DNA of 61,005 nucleotides, filler included, from Nitrospinae bacterium RIFCSPLOWO2_12_FULL_45_22 (GTDB lineage Bacteria > 2-12-FULL-45-22), in the NCBI GenBank assembly GCA_001803565.1. It is 5 parts of 5 records of this genome, joined end to end, with 100 filler letters (N's around TTAATTAATTAA, not from the genome) between each part and the next. Parts side by side here need not be neighbours in the genome. Positions count along the whole stretch, not along the records: positions 12,619 to 23,926 come from MHDQ01000312.1; positions 24,027 to 35,276 come from MHDQ01000313.1; 3 more parts are not named here. One strand, 5' to 3'. Below the pieces are notes generated by a model that saw only the letters and a list, made by a program, of their open reading frames with translations, did not search any database and was not told where the DNA came from. Within the stretch, counting starts at the first letter, position 1. The number at the start of each line of letters is the position of its first letter. The translations under genes and the position numbers were made by a program. Shown piece by piece: positions 22,302-30,920 of this stretch.

Positions 22302-23471
22302 ATGAGACAAGCTTTCATTATTATGCAAATTGGTAATCCCAACTTGGATATAGTTTGTAAAGAGTCTATCGTCCCTGCACTACAGTCGTGCGCCCTTGAA
22401 CCAAAGCGTGTTGATAAACATAATGAGGGTGGTTTGTTAAAAAGTGAAATAGTTGGATTTATAAAATCGTCAGATATTATTGTTGCCGATCTTACCAATG
22501 AAAGGCCTAATTGTTACCTTGAGGTAGGATATGTTATGGGTCTAGACAAATTACGAAATTTAATTCTAACTGCACGAGAAGACCATAATCAGGATAGCCC
22601 AAATTATAAAAAGGGAGGCCCTAAGATTCATTTTGATCTAAGTGGCTATGATATCTTATTTTGGGAGCCAAACAGCCTTAATAAATTTAAAGAAGAACTT
22701 GAAAAGCGTGTAAGGCACCGGCTAGAAACTTTAGAACTTCGTATGCCTACTTCGGTTTCTCCTTGGGATGAAGAATGGATTTCCCAACAGCAAGATTTAG
22801 CTTTCTCGGGGCTAGAAAGATCCGGTAAATCAGGATTCATGGAAATTCGAATGACTCTACCTGATTCGAAGATTAGTATCGCACACGAAGAACTGCTTCG
22901 CATCGCTGAACAAGCACAAATTTCTACATCCGGTTGGCCCCTTGGAGTTGTTGTTAATAGCGAAGAATATTGTCCAAAATCAACGACAGGTGGTATTGTT
23001 GCTGAAATAGATTCTGGAGGTGGAAGGAGTTATGATTATTGGACTATTCGAAGAGACGGTACATTTTATTTGCTGAAAAGCTTGTTTGAGGATGGGAGGA
23101 AACAAGGATATATCTTTTACGATATAAGGATAGCTCGGATAACAGAAGCTTTGCTTTACGCTGTTCGTTTTTATTCAGGTTTTAAGGTACCTCCTGATTC
23201 TCGCATTTTAATCAGAATACGACATGGGGGACTTAAAGACCGGGTTCTCGGTACTTCGAGAGTAGAAAGAGTCCCCGATTACAACCGTAATTGTAAAGAT
23301 GATGAAGTATGTACTGAGGTTGAAACAACTTTTAAGAAAATAGAATCAGATCTAGTGGATCTCGTCCAAAGGTTCACACAGGAACTTTTTGTAATATTTA
23401 ATTTTTTTAAAGTCAACAGAAAGGAACTGGAGGATATAGTCAACAATTTCATGGCAGGAAGAGTTACATAA
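22302..23471 (+). CDS. Two-domain protein: N-terminal nucleoside 2-deoxyribosyltransferase/TIR-like domain plus an uncharacterised C-terminal domain; candidate defence effector
   Basis: AFIIM..., IIVADLTNERPNCYLEVGY and HFDL motifs; AT-richer than its neighbours; flanked by integron-core-like sites. Confidence 0.7.
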   Translation: MRQAFIIMQIGNPNLDIVCKESIVPALQSCALEPKRVDKHNEGGLLKSEIVGFIKSSDIIVADLTNERPNCYLEVGYVMGLDKLRNLILTAREDHNQDSPNYKKGGPKIHFDLSGYDILFWEPNSLNKFKEELEKRVRHRLETLELRMPTSVSPWDEEWISQQQDLAFSGLERSGKSGFMEIRMTLPDSKISIAHEELLRIAEQAQISTSGWPLGVVVNSEEYCPKSTTGGIVAEIDSGGGRSYDYWTIRRDGTFYLLKSLFEDGRKQGYIFYDIRIARITEALLYAVRFYSGFKVPPDSRILIRIRHGGLKDRVLGTSRVERVPDYNRNCKDDEVCTEVETTFKKIESDLVDLVQRFTQELFVIFNFFKVNRKELEDIVNNFMAGRVT

Positions 23472-23486
23472 TGTATTTGTGCCATC

Positions 23487-23567
23487 AGATAACAGCATGT
23501 TTGCAGTTTGCTTCGCTTCCCCAAACGCTTTTCACTTCGCAAAGCCCGGGAACCCTAACCGTTATTG
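23487..23567 (+). other. attC-like integron recombination site (degenerate or chimeric)
   Basis: AGATAAC...GTTATTG just after the 22302 gene stop. The inner arms are only partly complementary (tttgc/gcaaa). Confidence 0.5.
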
Positions 23568-23622
23568 TTCCTGGATCAGGAGGGCAGTTCAACAAGCTTA
23601 TAGGATAAGGAGGGGAACGAGA

Positions 23623-23828
23623 ATGAATCCGCTTTTGCAGCGTATTTCTGTTGATCCAAATGTATGCTTCGGCAAACTCTGCATTCCCGGCACCGAATAT
23701 GGGTATTTCGGTTCCTTGATTTTTTATCCAATAGGATGAGCATTGGGGAAATTCTCGCAGAATATCCTCAACTGACTAAGGAAGATATTCAAGGTGCTAT
23801 AGCACATGGCGGGGGAAGGAGGTACTAA
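23623..23828 (+). pseudogene. DUF433-family antitoxin-like gene, frameshifted
   Basis: MNPLLQRISVDPNVCFGKLCIPGT continues in the -1 frame as RIWVFRFLDFLSNRMSIGEILAEYPQLTKEDIQGAIAH. One base appears to be missing at ggcaccgaata (about 23689-23699). Confidence 0.8.
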
Positions 23829-23830
23829 TT

Positions 23831-23926
23831 ATGAAGGCTATTCTTCAAAAGCAGATAGATGAGATGACAGAGGATGAGCTTAAAGAAGTCCTTCGAAGGG
23901 ATTATCTAAGAAGGCTTACTCGTTAC
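23831..23926 (+). CDS. Small hypothetical protein, truncated by the contig end
   Basis: SD aggaggt, then MKAILQKQIDEMTEDELKEVLRRDYLRRLTRY... open up to the spacer. Confidence 0.55.
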
Positions 23927-24026
23927 NNNNNNNNNNNNNNNNNNNNNNNNNNNNNNNNNNNNNNNNNNNNTTAATTAATTAANNNNNNNNNNNNNNNNNN
24001 NNNNNNNNNNNNNNNNNNNNNNNNNN
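23927..24026. other. Artificial contig spacer
   Basis: N44-TTAATTAATTAA-N44. Confidence 0.98.
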
Positions 24027-24040
24027 TTTTTGCCGAAAAA

Positions 24041-24850
24041 TTGGCTATCCCACAACGGAGAAAGGTCTTTATCAAACCCAACATGGTATCTCATGAAGAC
24101 TACCCCACTACTACTCACCCTGATACCCTGGATGCTGTGCTGGAATATGTCTCCCGTTCTTTGCGGCACGAAGTAGTTGTGGGTGATGCTGCGGCAGTGG
24201 ACCTGCCTGATCCTGGGCAGGCCATACTGAATCATCCACTCAGAAAAGTCTGTAAGACCCATGGAGTTCCTATGCTAGACCTCTACCAGGAAAGGCAATT
24301 ATATCGCGAGAGCCCCCGGGGTTACCCCATAAAACTGTCAGCTATCCCCGTAGAATCGGATTTTGTTATTTCTTTACCGGTATTAAAAGTCCATTTTATC
24401 TGCCAGATGACCGGTGCTCTCAAAAATCAGTATGGTTATTTGGCTAAAGGCGAGCGGCTGATGATGCACTATGATCCCAATTTCCCTGAAGAGATCAGGG
24501 AAGGGTTCCAGGCTATGGCAGCGGCAGACGGTATAACTGGGACGTTAGTGAAGAAAGATTTGGACCAGGGTATTGCTGAGGTGAATGCCCTGGCTATGCC
24601 CCATCTCTTTATTATTGATGCTATAGAGACCCTGATAGAGGCCAATGAGCAGCGTCATGGTGGCATCAGACAACCGCTGGGGCAGATGTTTGCCGGGACT
24701 GATCCGGTAGCATTAGACTGTTATGGCTTGAGCCTCTTACAAAAGTTAGAACCTAAATTGTCTCATAAAACGCCACTAGACATAAGATATATCAAACTGG
24801 CTATAGACTATGGGTTAGGCTCGCCGGACTATCAACTTGTTTGGCTTTAA
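24041..24850 (+). CDS. DUF362 domain protein (probably 5'-truncated at the contig start)
   Basis: VFIKPN, TTHP, ISLPVLKVH...MTGALKN..G and DPVALD motifs. Confidence 0.85.
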   Translation: MAIPQRRKVFIKPNMVSHEDYPTTTHPDTLDAVLEYVSRSLRHEVVVGDAAAVDLPDPGQAILNHPLRKVCKTHGVPMLDLYQERQLYRESPRGYPIKLSAIPVESDFVISLPVLKVHFICQMTGALKNQYGYLAKGERLMMHYDPNFPEEIREGFQAMAAADGITGTLVKKDLDQGIAEVNALAMPHLFIIDAIETLIEANEQRHGGIRQPLGQMFAGTDPVALDCYGLSLLQKLEPKLSHKTPLDIRYIKLAIDYGLGSPDYQLVWL

Positions 24851-24863
24851 CCTGTTTATTACC

Positions 24864-25697
24864 ATGGCTTACCAATTAATTGCAGATACGACCTTTATCG
24901 CCTTTGATGTAGAAACTACTGGATTATACCCGGTAGCAGGGAGAGTGGTAGAGCTCTCGGGGGTAAAATTCACGATTGATAGCGGAGTAATAGCTACTTT
25001 TGATGAGCTTATCAATCCCCAATCTCCTATCCCCCCTGAGGTTGTTCGTATCCATGGTATAACAGATGCGATGGTAGCGGAGCGGCCAACGGCTGACCTG
25101 ATTGTCCCGAGATTTTTGGAATTCATTGGTGGGCCAGAGATGGTGTTAATATCCCATAATGCCTCTTTTGATGTAGGCTTTGTCGGGGTAGATATTGCCC
25201 GCCAGGGCATAGCGGACCCAGGTAACCTGATCTTAGATACCCTGGTCCTTGCTCGACACTGCCTACCTTCTCTTGGCAGTTATAAGTTAGAAAACCTGGT
25301 GCGTTATTTTAATATACCCAGCCAAAATTATCACCGGGCCCTGGCAGATAGCTTTTCCGTTAAGGAAATATTTTTGTCCTTGCTCCAACGCTATCCCAAA
25401 ATAAAAACCATCGAGCAAGTACAGCAAAAGACTTATACCTTCCACTTTTCTGATGCGGCGACTTTCCAGGTACAATTACCCCCGGGCTTTGAAGACCTTG
25501 CCTGGGCTATGGAAAACAGTCTCCCAGTCGTTATGGTCTATAAAGGTGGATCAAAAGGCCCAGAACCCCGTATCATTACCCCTTTAGCTGCTATCCAGCG
25601 CAACGGTATTATTTATGTAGCGGCCTATTGCCACCTTGACAAGGTAGAGAAATCCTTTAGATTAGACCGCATAAAAGAATTTCGGATAAAAAAATAG
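24864..25697 (+). CDS. DEDDh 3'-5' exonuclease (DnaQ-like) fused to a C-terminal WYL domain
   Basis: FDVETTG, HNASFD and HRALAD; C-terminal Y...R.ITP...YVAAYCHL...KSFRLDRI. Likely start is the ATG at 24864. Confidence 0.88.
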   Translation: MAYQLIADTTFIAFDVETTGLYPVAGRVVELSGVKFTIDSGVIATFDELINPQSPIPPEVVRIHGITDAMVAERPTADLIVPRFLEFIGGPEMVLISHNASFDVGFVGVDIARQGIADPGNLILDTLVLARHCLPSLGSYKLENLVRYFNIPSQNYHRALADSFSVKEIFLSLLQRYPKIKTIEQVQQKTYTFHFSDAATFQVQLPPGFEDLAWAMENSLPVVMVYKGGSKGPEPRIITPLAAIQRNGIIYVAAYCHLDKVEKSFRLDRIKEFRIKK

Positions 25698-25831
25698 TAA
25701 CCGTTCTCTAAACCTGTTACCCTGAGCGGAGCGAAAGGTCTCCTTAAGGTTTAGATTCTTCGCTTCGCTCAGAATGACATGGAGCGAAGGGCTGAGAATA
25801 ACATGGCGATAGAAAGCTGGTGAACGGTTAC
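25697..25831. mobile_element. GTAAC-ended MITE (IS66-like ends) with a different interior
   Basis: Ends gtaaccgttc and gaacggttac, flanked by the 8-bp direct repeat aaaaaata. Its first G is the last base of the exonuclease stop codon. Confidence 0.8.
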
Positions 25832-25858
25832 AAAAAATAGAGGGAGGGAAAAAATTAG

Positions 25859-26482
25859 ATGATTTTGGAGACATTAGTAGTAAGCATGTTCGGGGTAAAT
25901 TGTTATATTCTGGGCTCAGAGCAAAGCCACGAGGCAGTAGTTATTGACCCTGGGGGGAATACTAACGGCATTATCGAGACCCTTAAAAAGCATGACCTGA
26001 AGATAAAATATATCCTGGCTACCCATTGCCATCTGGATCATATTGGGGCACTGAAGAAACTAAAAGACGCTACTGGCGCAGAATTCCTGGCTCATGCGGC
26101 TGAAGAAGGAGCGATAAAGTTGATGGGGCCTATGGCAGCCATGTTTGGCGTTAAAGAAAAATTCTGTCCTAAGCCCGATAAACCCTTGTCCGAAGGGGAT
26201 ATAGTATCCGTAGGTGAGATTGATTTAAAAGTGCTCCATACCCCGGGCCACTCCCCAGGTGGGTTATGCTTCCACAATAATGGCTTCGTATTCGTGGGTG
26301 ATACACTGTTTATGGGCTCTATAGGCCGGACGGATTTTCCTGGCTGTTCCTATCACGACCTTATTCAGTCAGTAAAGACCAAGATCTTTCCCTTAGGCGA
26401 TGATGTTCGGGTATATCCGGGCCATGGCCCCGCTACTACTATTGGCATAGAGAAAACTTATAACCCCTTCTTCCAGGAATAG
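25859..26482 (+). CDS. MBL-fold metallo-hydrolase (glyoxalase II-like)
   Basis: THCHLDH, HTPGHSPG, GDTLF.GSIGRTD and PGHGP motifs. Confidence 0.93.
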   Translation: MILETLVVSMFGVNCYILGSEQSHEAVVIDPGGNTNGIIETLKKHDLKIKYILATHCHLDHIGALKKLKDATGAEFLAHAAEEGAIKLMGPMAAMFGVKEKFCPKPDKPLSEGDIVSVGEIDLKVLHTPGHSPGGLCFHNNGFVFVGDTLFMGSIGRTDFPGCSYHDLIQSVKTKIFPLGDDVRVYPGHGPATTIGIEKTYNPFFQE

Positions 26483-26497
26483 GAATGGGGATTTTTT

Positions 26498-26575
26498 GTT
26501 TCGACTAAAAACCTATCAGCCATCAGGAATCCTCTCGATAAGATCCTGCTTCAAAATGGAGATGATGGGCTATGA
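26498..26575 (+). pseudogene. C-terminal remnant of an integron-type tyrosine recombinase
   Basis: Manual translation VSTKNLSAIRNPLDKILLQNGDDGL* resembles the (YTH)VS...I(K/R)(S/N)PLD tail of IntI-like integrases. It lies directly before the cassette array. Confidence 0.65.
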
Positions 26576-26607
26576 GAGTTCAAGCTTATCCATAGGGAGG
26601 CATATCC

Positions 26608-26678
26608 GAACCAGTTCGTCTATGCCTCCAAATTGGCGGTATAACGGAACCAGTTCAGAGATAAACAAGGTATATGAA
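26608..26678 (+). other. attI-like region with mutated core site (GGTATAT instead of GTTATAT)
   Basis: GAACCAGTTC direct repeat at 26608 and 26647, then gataaacaagGTATATGAA. Positions 26669-26692 match the reverse complement of 29797-29820 at 19 of 24 positions. Confidence 0.55.
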
Positions 26679-26731
26679 ATAGCGGTTGCAAGTTTTAATG
26701 GAGTCGATAAAATAATCGAGAGGCGTTTACT

Positions 26732-27709
26732 ATGAATATCTATGAGAAACTGACACGTTTTGTTAAGCAGGTTTTTAAAACCACTGTGGAAATATTCCTT
26801 GAAGCTTTGAAACTCAGTCCCAACGCTCAAGGATATGTCAGCGGCTCAATAACTGAACTTCTGCTGAAAAAGAAACTTGAGGAAGAATATGGGTTTGAAA
26901 TCAAAAGAATTAGAGAGAAATGGGAAGGAAGAAAGCACCTGCGCCATCATGGCGATTTTTATTTCAGAAAGCCTGATTCTTCATATTGGTATGTAGTTGA
27001 GTCAAAAGGGGTTAAATCTAATTCGGAAAAATGGCATAAGCTTTACAATTTCGATAACCTAAAAAATTTTTTGATCACTCATTCAGATAAAATTCCATGG
27101 ATAGATAATACACTTAATGTAGAGGAGCAAGTAACCAACTGGATTTACACCAACCTACCTAAGTTCCGAGATGAATATTTGTCTAATTTCTACGAGTACG
27201 AAGAAGTTCAGAAATACAAGTCTAAACGCGAAACAGAGAAAGCCAGAGATATTGCTGCATTGCGTGATTATACCCGCAACCAAATCAATGATATGATTGA
27301 AGAAAGGTTGAATTATGTGATGTCAAAAATAAAAGTCTTGGAAACTCACTTTGTTTCAGGCCGATCTGGAATAAGTGAACGAACGCAGGCAACTCCACGC
27401 AAGGACGAATTCAATGTTATCGCCATTAATATTGTCCTTCGGTACCCCGAGCATAAATTTCTATTTGCCAACCCCAAAAATCTAGAGTCATCAGGAGACG
27501 ACCCCAACCATTTACAGCAAAACTATATCATGGGTTTTATTTTCACCGGCGAACAAGGTAATCCAACTTTGACGATTACGGACGATTGGTATGAAGATTT
27601 AAAAGATGTTTATGATACATTAGATGCTGAAGATTCAGTGGATGAAGACGACATGCAAATTGATAACAGGCATATTGTTCTGGACGAGGGGGAACAAAAT
27701 GAGAAGTAA
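26732..27709 (+). CDS. PD-(D/E)xK nuclease, probable restriction endonuclease
   Basis: E...GDFYF...VESKG catalytic pattern; overlaps the start of the methyltransferase gene. Confidence 0.7.
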   Translation: MNIYEKLTRFVKQVFKTTVEIFLEALKLSPNAQGYVSGSITELLLKKKLEEEYGFEIKRIREKWEGRKHLRHHGDFYFRKPDSSYWYVVESKGVKSNSEKWHKLYNFDNLKNFLITHSDKIPWIDNTLNVEEQVTNWIYTNLPKFRDEYLSNFYEYEEVQKYKSKRETEKARDIAALRDYTRNQINDMIEERLNYVMSKIKVLETHFVSGRSGISERTQATPRKDEFNVIAINIVLRYPEHKFLFANPKNLESSGDDPNHLQQNYIMGFIFTGEQGNPTLTITDDWYEDLKDVYDTLDAEDSVDEDDMQIDNRHIVLDEGEQNEK

Positions 27710-29801
27710 AAAGAGTAAGAAGAACATATATAAGCCTGTTACACAACAAGAATGGAAAGTTAAAGAACAGCAACTTCTCTTTTCTGAAGAGAGTTTGCTG
27801 CCACAAAACCTACCACACTTAAAAGAATTACGCCAAGTACACAATCTCTCAGCCATATTCGATGAATGTCATAATTATATCTATGCTAATGAAGGATTAC
27901 TCAAGGATAAGATATTTCACGAAATTGTAAAACTTCTTACCATGAAACTTTATGATGAGCAGAATACTACAGATGGCATTTTGCAATTTGGAATTACTTC
28001 AAGTGAATATAGAAGCATACTTGCACATAAACCAGGTAACTTTGAAGTTCGTATCAACAAACTATTCAATACAGTGCGAAATAAGTATCAGTCTTTGTTC
28101 TCGGACGATTCACTAAAATTGAAACCCCTAACGCTTGCTTATATTGTTGGACGATTACAGTTTGTTAACCTCACTCAGATACCCGGTGACATCAAGGGTG
28201 AAGCCTTTCAAAAGTTTGTCTATCGGCATCAACGGGGAGATCGTGGTGAGTTTTTTACTCCATATCCAATTGTAAGATTGGCTGTCGAAATGATGGCTCC
28301 AAAACCCAATGAAATGGTCATTGACCCGGCCTGTGGGAGTGGCGGTTTTCTAATTCAAACCATCTCACATGTTTGCCGAAATAATCCCAATATTGATAGG
28401 AGAGGCTACATCCAGAAACGTATTTATGGCATTGAGTTTAATCCCGATGTTGCACTATCCGCGATGATTCGACTTGCATTCGAAGGTGGTACAGGCACAG
28501 AAATCATTTGTGCAAATGCCTTAGTAGAAAATGAAGAGTTTAATAATGCTTTTGATGTGGTTCTCACCAATCCACCTTTTGGCAGCAAAGGTAAAATAGA
28601 AGAGCAAAAGATTCTCAAATTCTATCAGTTGGCTCGTAAATGTAATAAATCTCACAAGGGCGATTGGGAAGTGACGAGAAATGTTCTTTCAGGACAATCT
28701 CCAGAAATTCTTTTTATCGAGAAATGTTTGAAGTTACTTCGCCCTGGTGGTCGTATGGCAATTGTCTTGCCAGATGGCTTGCTTCAAAACATTACCAATA
28801 GTCATATCAGATTCTGGATCCGTTCTCAAGCTAAAGTGTTAGGTGTTGTTTCAATTCCACAGGAAGCTTTCGTACCATATGGCACGGGAATCAAGACCTC
28901 TCTTCTCTTTTTACAAAAAATGCCTTCCGATTCAGAAAAAGTATTCATGGCTCAAATACAAAAGATTGGCTATGATGTAAAAGGGCAACCTATTCACAAG
29001 AAAACAAACGATGGCAAGATGGTGAGAGGGGAATCAGGACTACCCATTGTTGATACGGACATAGATGAGATTATTTCAGAATACAACAGGTTTAAAAATG
29101 GCGAATATGAAATAAATAAGGAAAGCATTCACACAGTTCCTGAGAAATCCTTAAATACACGCTTGGACGTACAACATTATAAACTAGAAGATAGAAAGCT
29201 TCTTGAAATGTTGCAAGCAAGTGAAGCAAAACTACTTGGCGAATTAGCAGATATTCTCAAAGAAACCGACGATTTCCGTTTGGCGTCCAATGGCGAAATA
29301 AGATATATCGCCATTTCCGATGTTGATGCACGCACGATGCAAGTAGTCTCTTATCAAATAATTAAACCACATGAGGCACCATCAAGGGCAACTTACCGTG
29401 TACGGACTGGGGACATTATTACTGCTGTATCTGGTGCAAGCACTGGTACAAAACGACATGCAACCGCATTGATTACCGAGGATGAAGATGGAGCAATTTG
29501 CTCTAATGGTTTTGCTGTGCTCCGTAATATTCATGGTATAGAACCGTTATTCCTTTTATCATACATGCGTACGGAATATTTTTTGCGGCAGGTTAGACGC
29601 TTGATGACGGGTCATGCTATTCCAGCAATTTCTATTGAAGATTTATCAAAGGTGCTGGTGCTGGTTCCACCAAAAGAAGTTCAGAAGCAAATATCTGATG
29701 AAATTGCAAAGGTTTTGTCCATGCGTAAAGAAGTATTCAAAGTCGGGGGAAGAGTTATAGAAGAGGTTGAGTCATTAGTAGGTAAAATGATTAAAGCATG
29801 A
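27699..29801 (+). CDS. N6-adenine DNA methyltransferase (HsdM-like) fused to a C-terminal target-recognition (HsdS-like) domain
   Basis: GEFFTP, DPACGSGGFL, NPPF and GGRMAIVLP motifs; C-terminal V..GDII...AICS.GFAVL...P.I...L....VPP...Q TRD pattern. ATG at 27699 with SD gagggg (track start 27624). Confidence 0.88.
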   Translation: MRSKKSKKNIYKPVTQQEWKVKEQQLLFSEESLLPQNLPHLKELRQVHNLSAIFDECHNYIYANEGLLKDKIFHEIVKLLTMKLYDEQNTTDGILQFGITSSEYRSILAHKPGNFEVRINKLFNTVRNKYQSLFSDDSLKLKPLTLAYIVGRLQFVNLTQIPGDIKGEAFQKFVYRHQRGDRGEFFTPYPIVRLAVEMMAPKPNEMVIDPACGSGGFLIQTISHVCRNNPNIDRRGYIQKRIYGIEFNPDVALSAMIRLAFEGGTGTEIICANALVENEEFNNAFDVVLTNPPFGSKGKIEEQKILKFYQLARKCNKSHKGDWEVTRNVLSGQSPEILFIEKCLKLLRPGGRMAIVLPDGLLQNITNSHIRFWIRSQAKVLGVVSIPQEAFVPYGTGIKTSLLFLQKMPSDSEKVFMAQIQKIGYDVKGQPIHKKTNDGKMVRGESGLPIVDTDIDEIISEYNRFKNGEYEINKESIHTVPEKSLNTRLDVQHYKLEDRKLLEMLQASEAKLLGELADILKETDDFRLASNGEIRYIAISDVDARTMQVVSYQIIKPHEAPSRATYRVRTGDIITAVSGASTGTKRHATALITEDEDGAICSNGFAVLRNIHGIEPLFLLSYMRTEYFLRQVRRLMTGHAIPAISIEDLSKVLVLVPPKEVQKQISDEIAKVLSMRKEVFKVGGRVIEEVESLVGKMIKA

Positions 29802-29813
29802 AACCGCCACTTC

Positions 29814-29902
29814 ATATAACACAGCATAAAAGGTTCGTGCCTTACGGCACTCACCCAAATTTTTGCTTCGCAAAAACTTCTTTTATGCTGGAAACGTTAT
29901 GT
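29814..29902 (+). other. attC integron recombination site
   Basis: ATATAAC...GTTATGT outer boxes with perfect 11-bp inner arms cagcataaaag (29822-29832) and cttttatgctg (29880-29890), plus internal hairpins; begins 13 nt after the MTase stop. Confidence 0.85.
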
Positions 29903-29989
29903 GAAATTGCGTCCCTGAAAGATGTGGTTGTCCTTCATGGCGACCCTAAATGACAAAAAAAATGATAAAATATTGCAGGAGATTATCCA

Positions 29990-30274
29990 TTGAAAATAAA
30001 GAGCATCGTTTGGTTTAATGACATCATTGAGAAACTTATACGCAAACATAATGTTCAACAATATGAAGTCCGAGAGGTTTTGGCCAACAAACCTCATTTC
30101 AGGTTTGTTGAGAAAGGACATCGCACTAGTGAAAATGTTTATGCAGCACTGGGTAAGACTGATAGCGATCGTTACCTCGTGGTCTTTTTTGTCTATAAAA
30201 CTGATCAACGTGTCTTAATTCTTTCGGCGCGGGACATGACAAAAGCAGAAAGGAGACGATATGATAAAACATAA
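29990..30274 (+). CDS. BrnT/DUF4258-like ribonuclease toxin
   Basis: IEKL..KH.V...EV.EV, Y.ALG.T...RYLVVFF and ILSARDM...ERR.Y motifs. Confidence 0.85.
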   Translation: MKIKSIVWFNDIIEKLIRKHNVQQYEVREVLANKPHFRFVEKGHRTSENVYAALGKTDSDRYLVVFFVYKTDQRVLILSARDMTKAERRRYDKT

Positions 30275-30527
30275 AAGTTCAGTATCAAAGGCGACAACCT
30301 ACAAAGAAATTGGCGAGTTCTGGGACACTCATGATTTATCAGAGTTTTGGGATAAAACCAAAGAAACCTCCTTTGAAGTTGATATTGAATCAGAGGTCAC
30401 TTATTACGCTGTCGATAAGATGCTCTCGGAGAAAATACAAGCTATAGCTCAAAAACGTGGTGTTACCGCCGACACTCTGATTAATCTTTGGGTTCAAGAA
30501 AAACTTCAGGAACAAAAAGCATCATAA
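30261..30527 (+). CDS. BrnA/CopG-like antitoxin
   Basis: EFWDTHDL motif plus C-terminal RHH (IAQKRGV...TLINLW..EKL); overlaps the toxin stop. Confidence 0.85.
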   Translation: MIKHKSSVSKATTYKEIGEFWDTHDLSEFWDKTKETSFEVDIESEVTYYAVDKMLSEKIQAIAQKRGVTADTLINLWVQEKLQEQKAS

Positions 30528-30539
30528 AAGGCGAAGATA

Positions 30540-30731
30540 ATGGATGACACAGAGATTAGAATTAATGGGATAGAAGCTTTAAATAAGGCTCTTGGTCCTG
30601 CTGCTGCCCTCAGATTCCTTACTCTGCTCCACCGTGAGCCGACCGACTATGTGGAAATCTCTCGGCGGCTCTATGAGGGACAGACAATAGACGAGATATT
30701 TGAAAGGGCAAGGGAGCATTGGAAGGAATAA
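30540..30731 (+). CDS. Small hypothetical protein, antitoxin-like (no partner toxin seen)
   Basis: 63 aa with a GIEAL..ALG...ALRF...DY pattern that I associate with PIN-linked antitoxins. Confidence 0.55.
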   Translation: MDDTEIRINGIEALNKALGPAAALRFLTLLHREPTDYVEISRRLYEGQTIDEIFERAREHWKE

Positions 30732-30920
30732 TCCAGTGGCCGCAATGGCAGATAACACGTCGTGGGCGGCTGGCGCCCAAACCCGTCACTTTAAGCAATC
30801 AAAGGCCGTTTGCCGGTGAGGTATCTTGGCGTACGCAGGTACAAGAAAATTCTGGTTAAGTTTATAACCACAAAGACACAAATTATTGGTTATTGGTTAC
30901 TGGTGAGATGCCACCCTTAT

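Noticed and set aside
26607-26657. LexA box (GAAC-N4-GTTC)
   Set aside because: The spacing is GAAC-N2-GTTC, so it is treated as a direct repeat of the attI-like region instead.
30749-30840. attC after the 63-aa gene (cagataac...)
   Set aside because: Only the left TAAC box is evident, with no complementary inner arms or matching GTT box; at best a decayed remnant.
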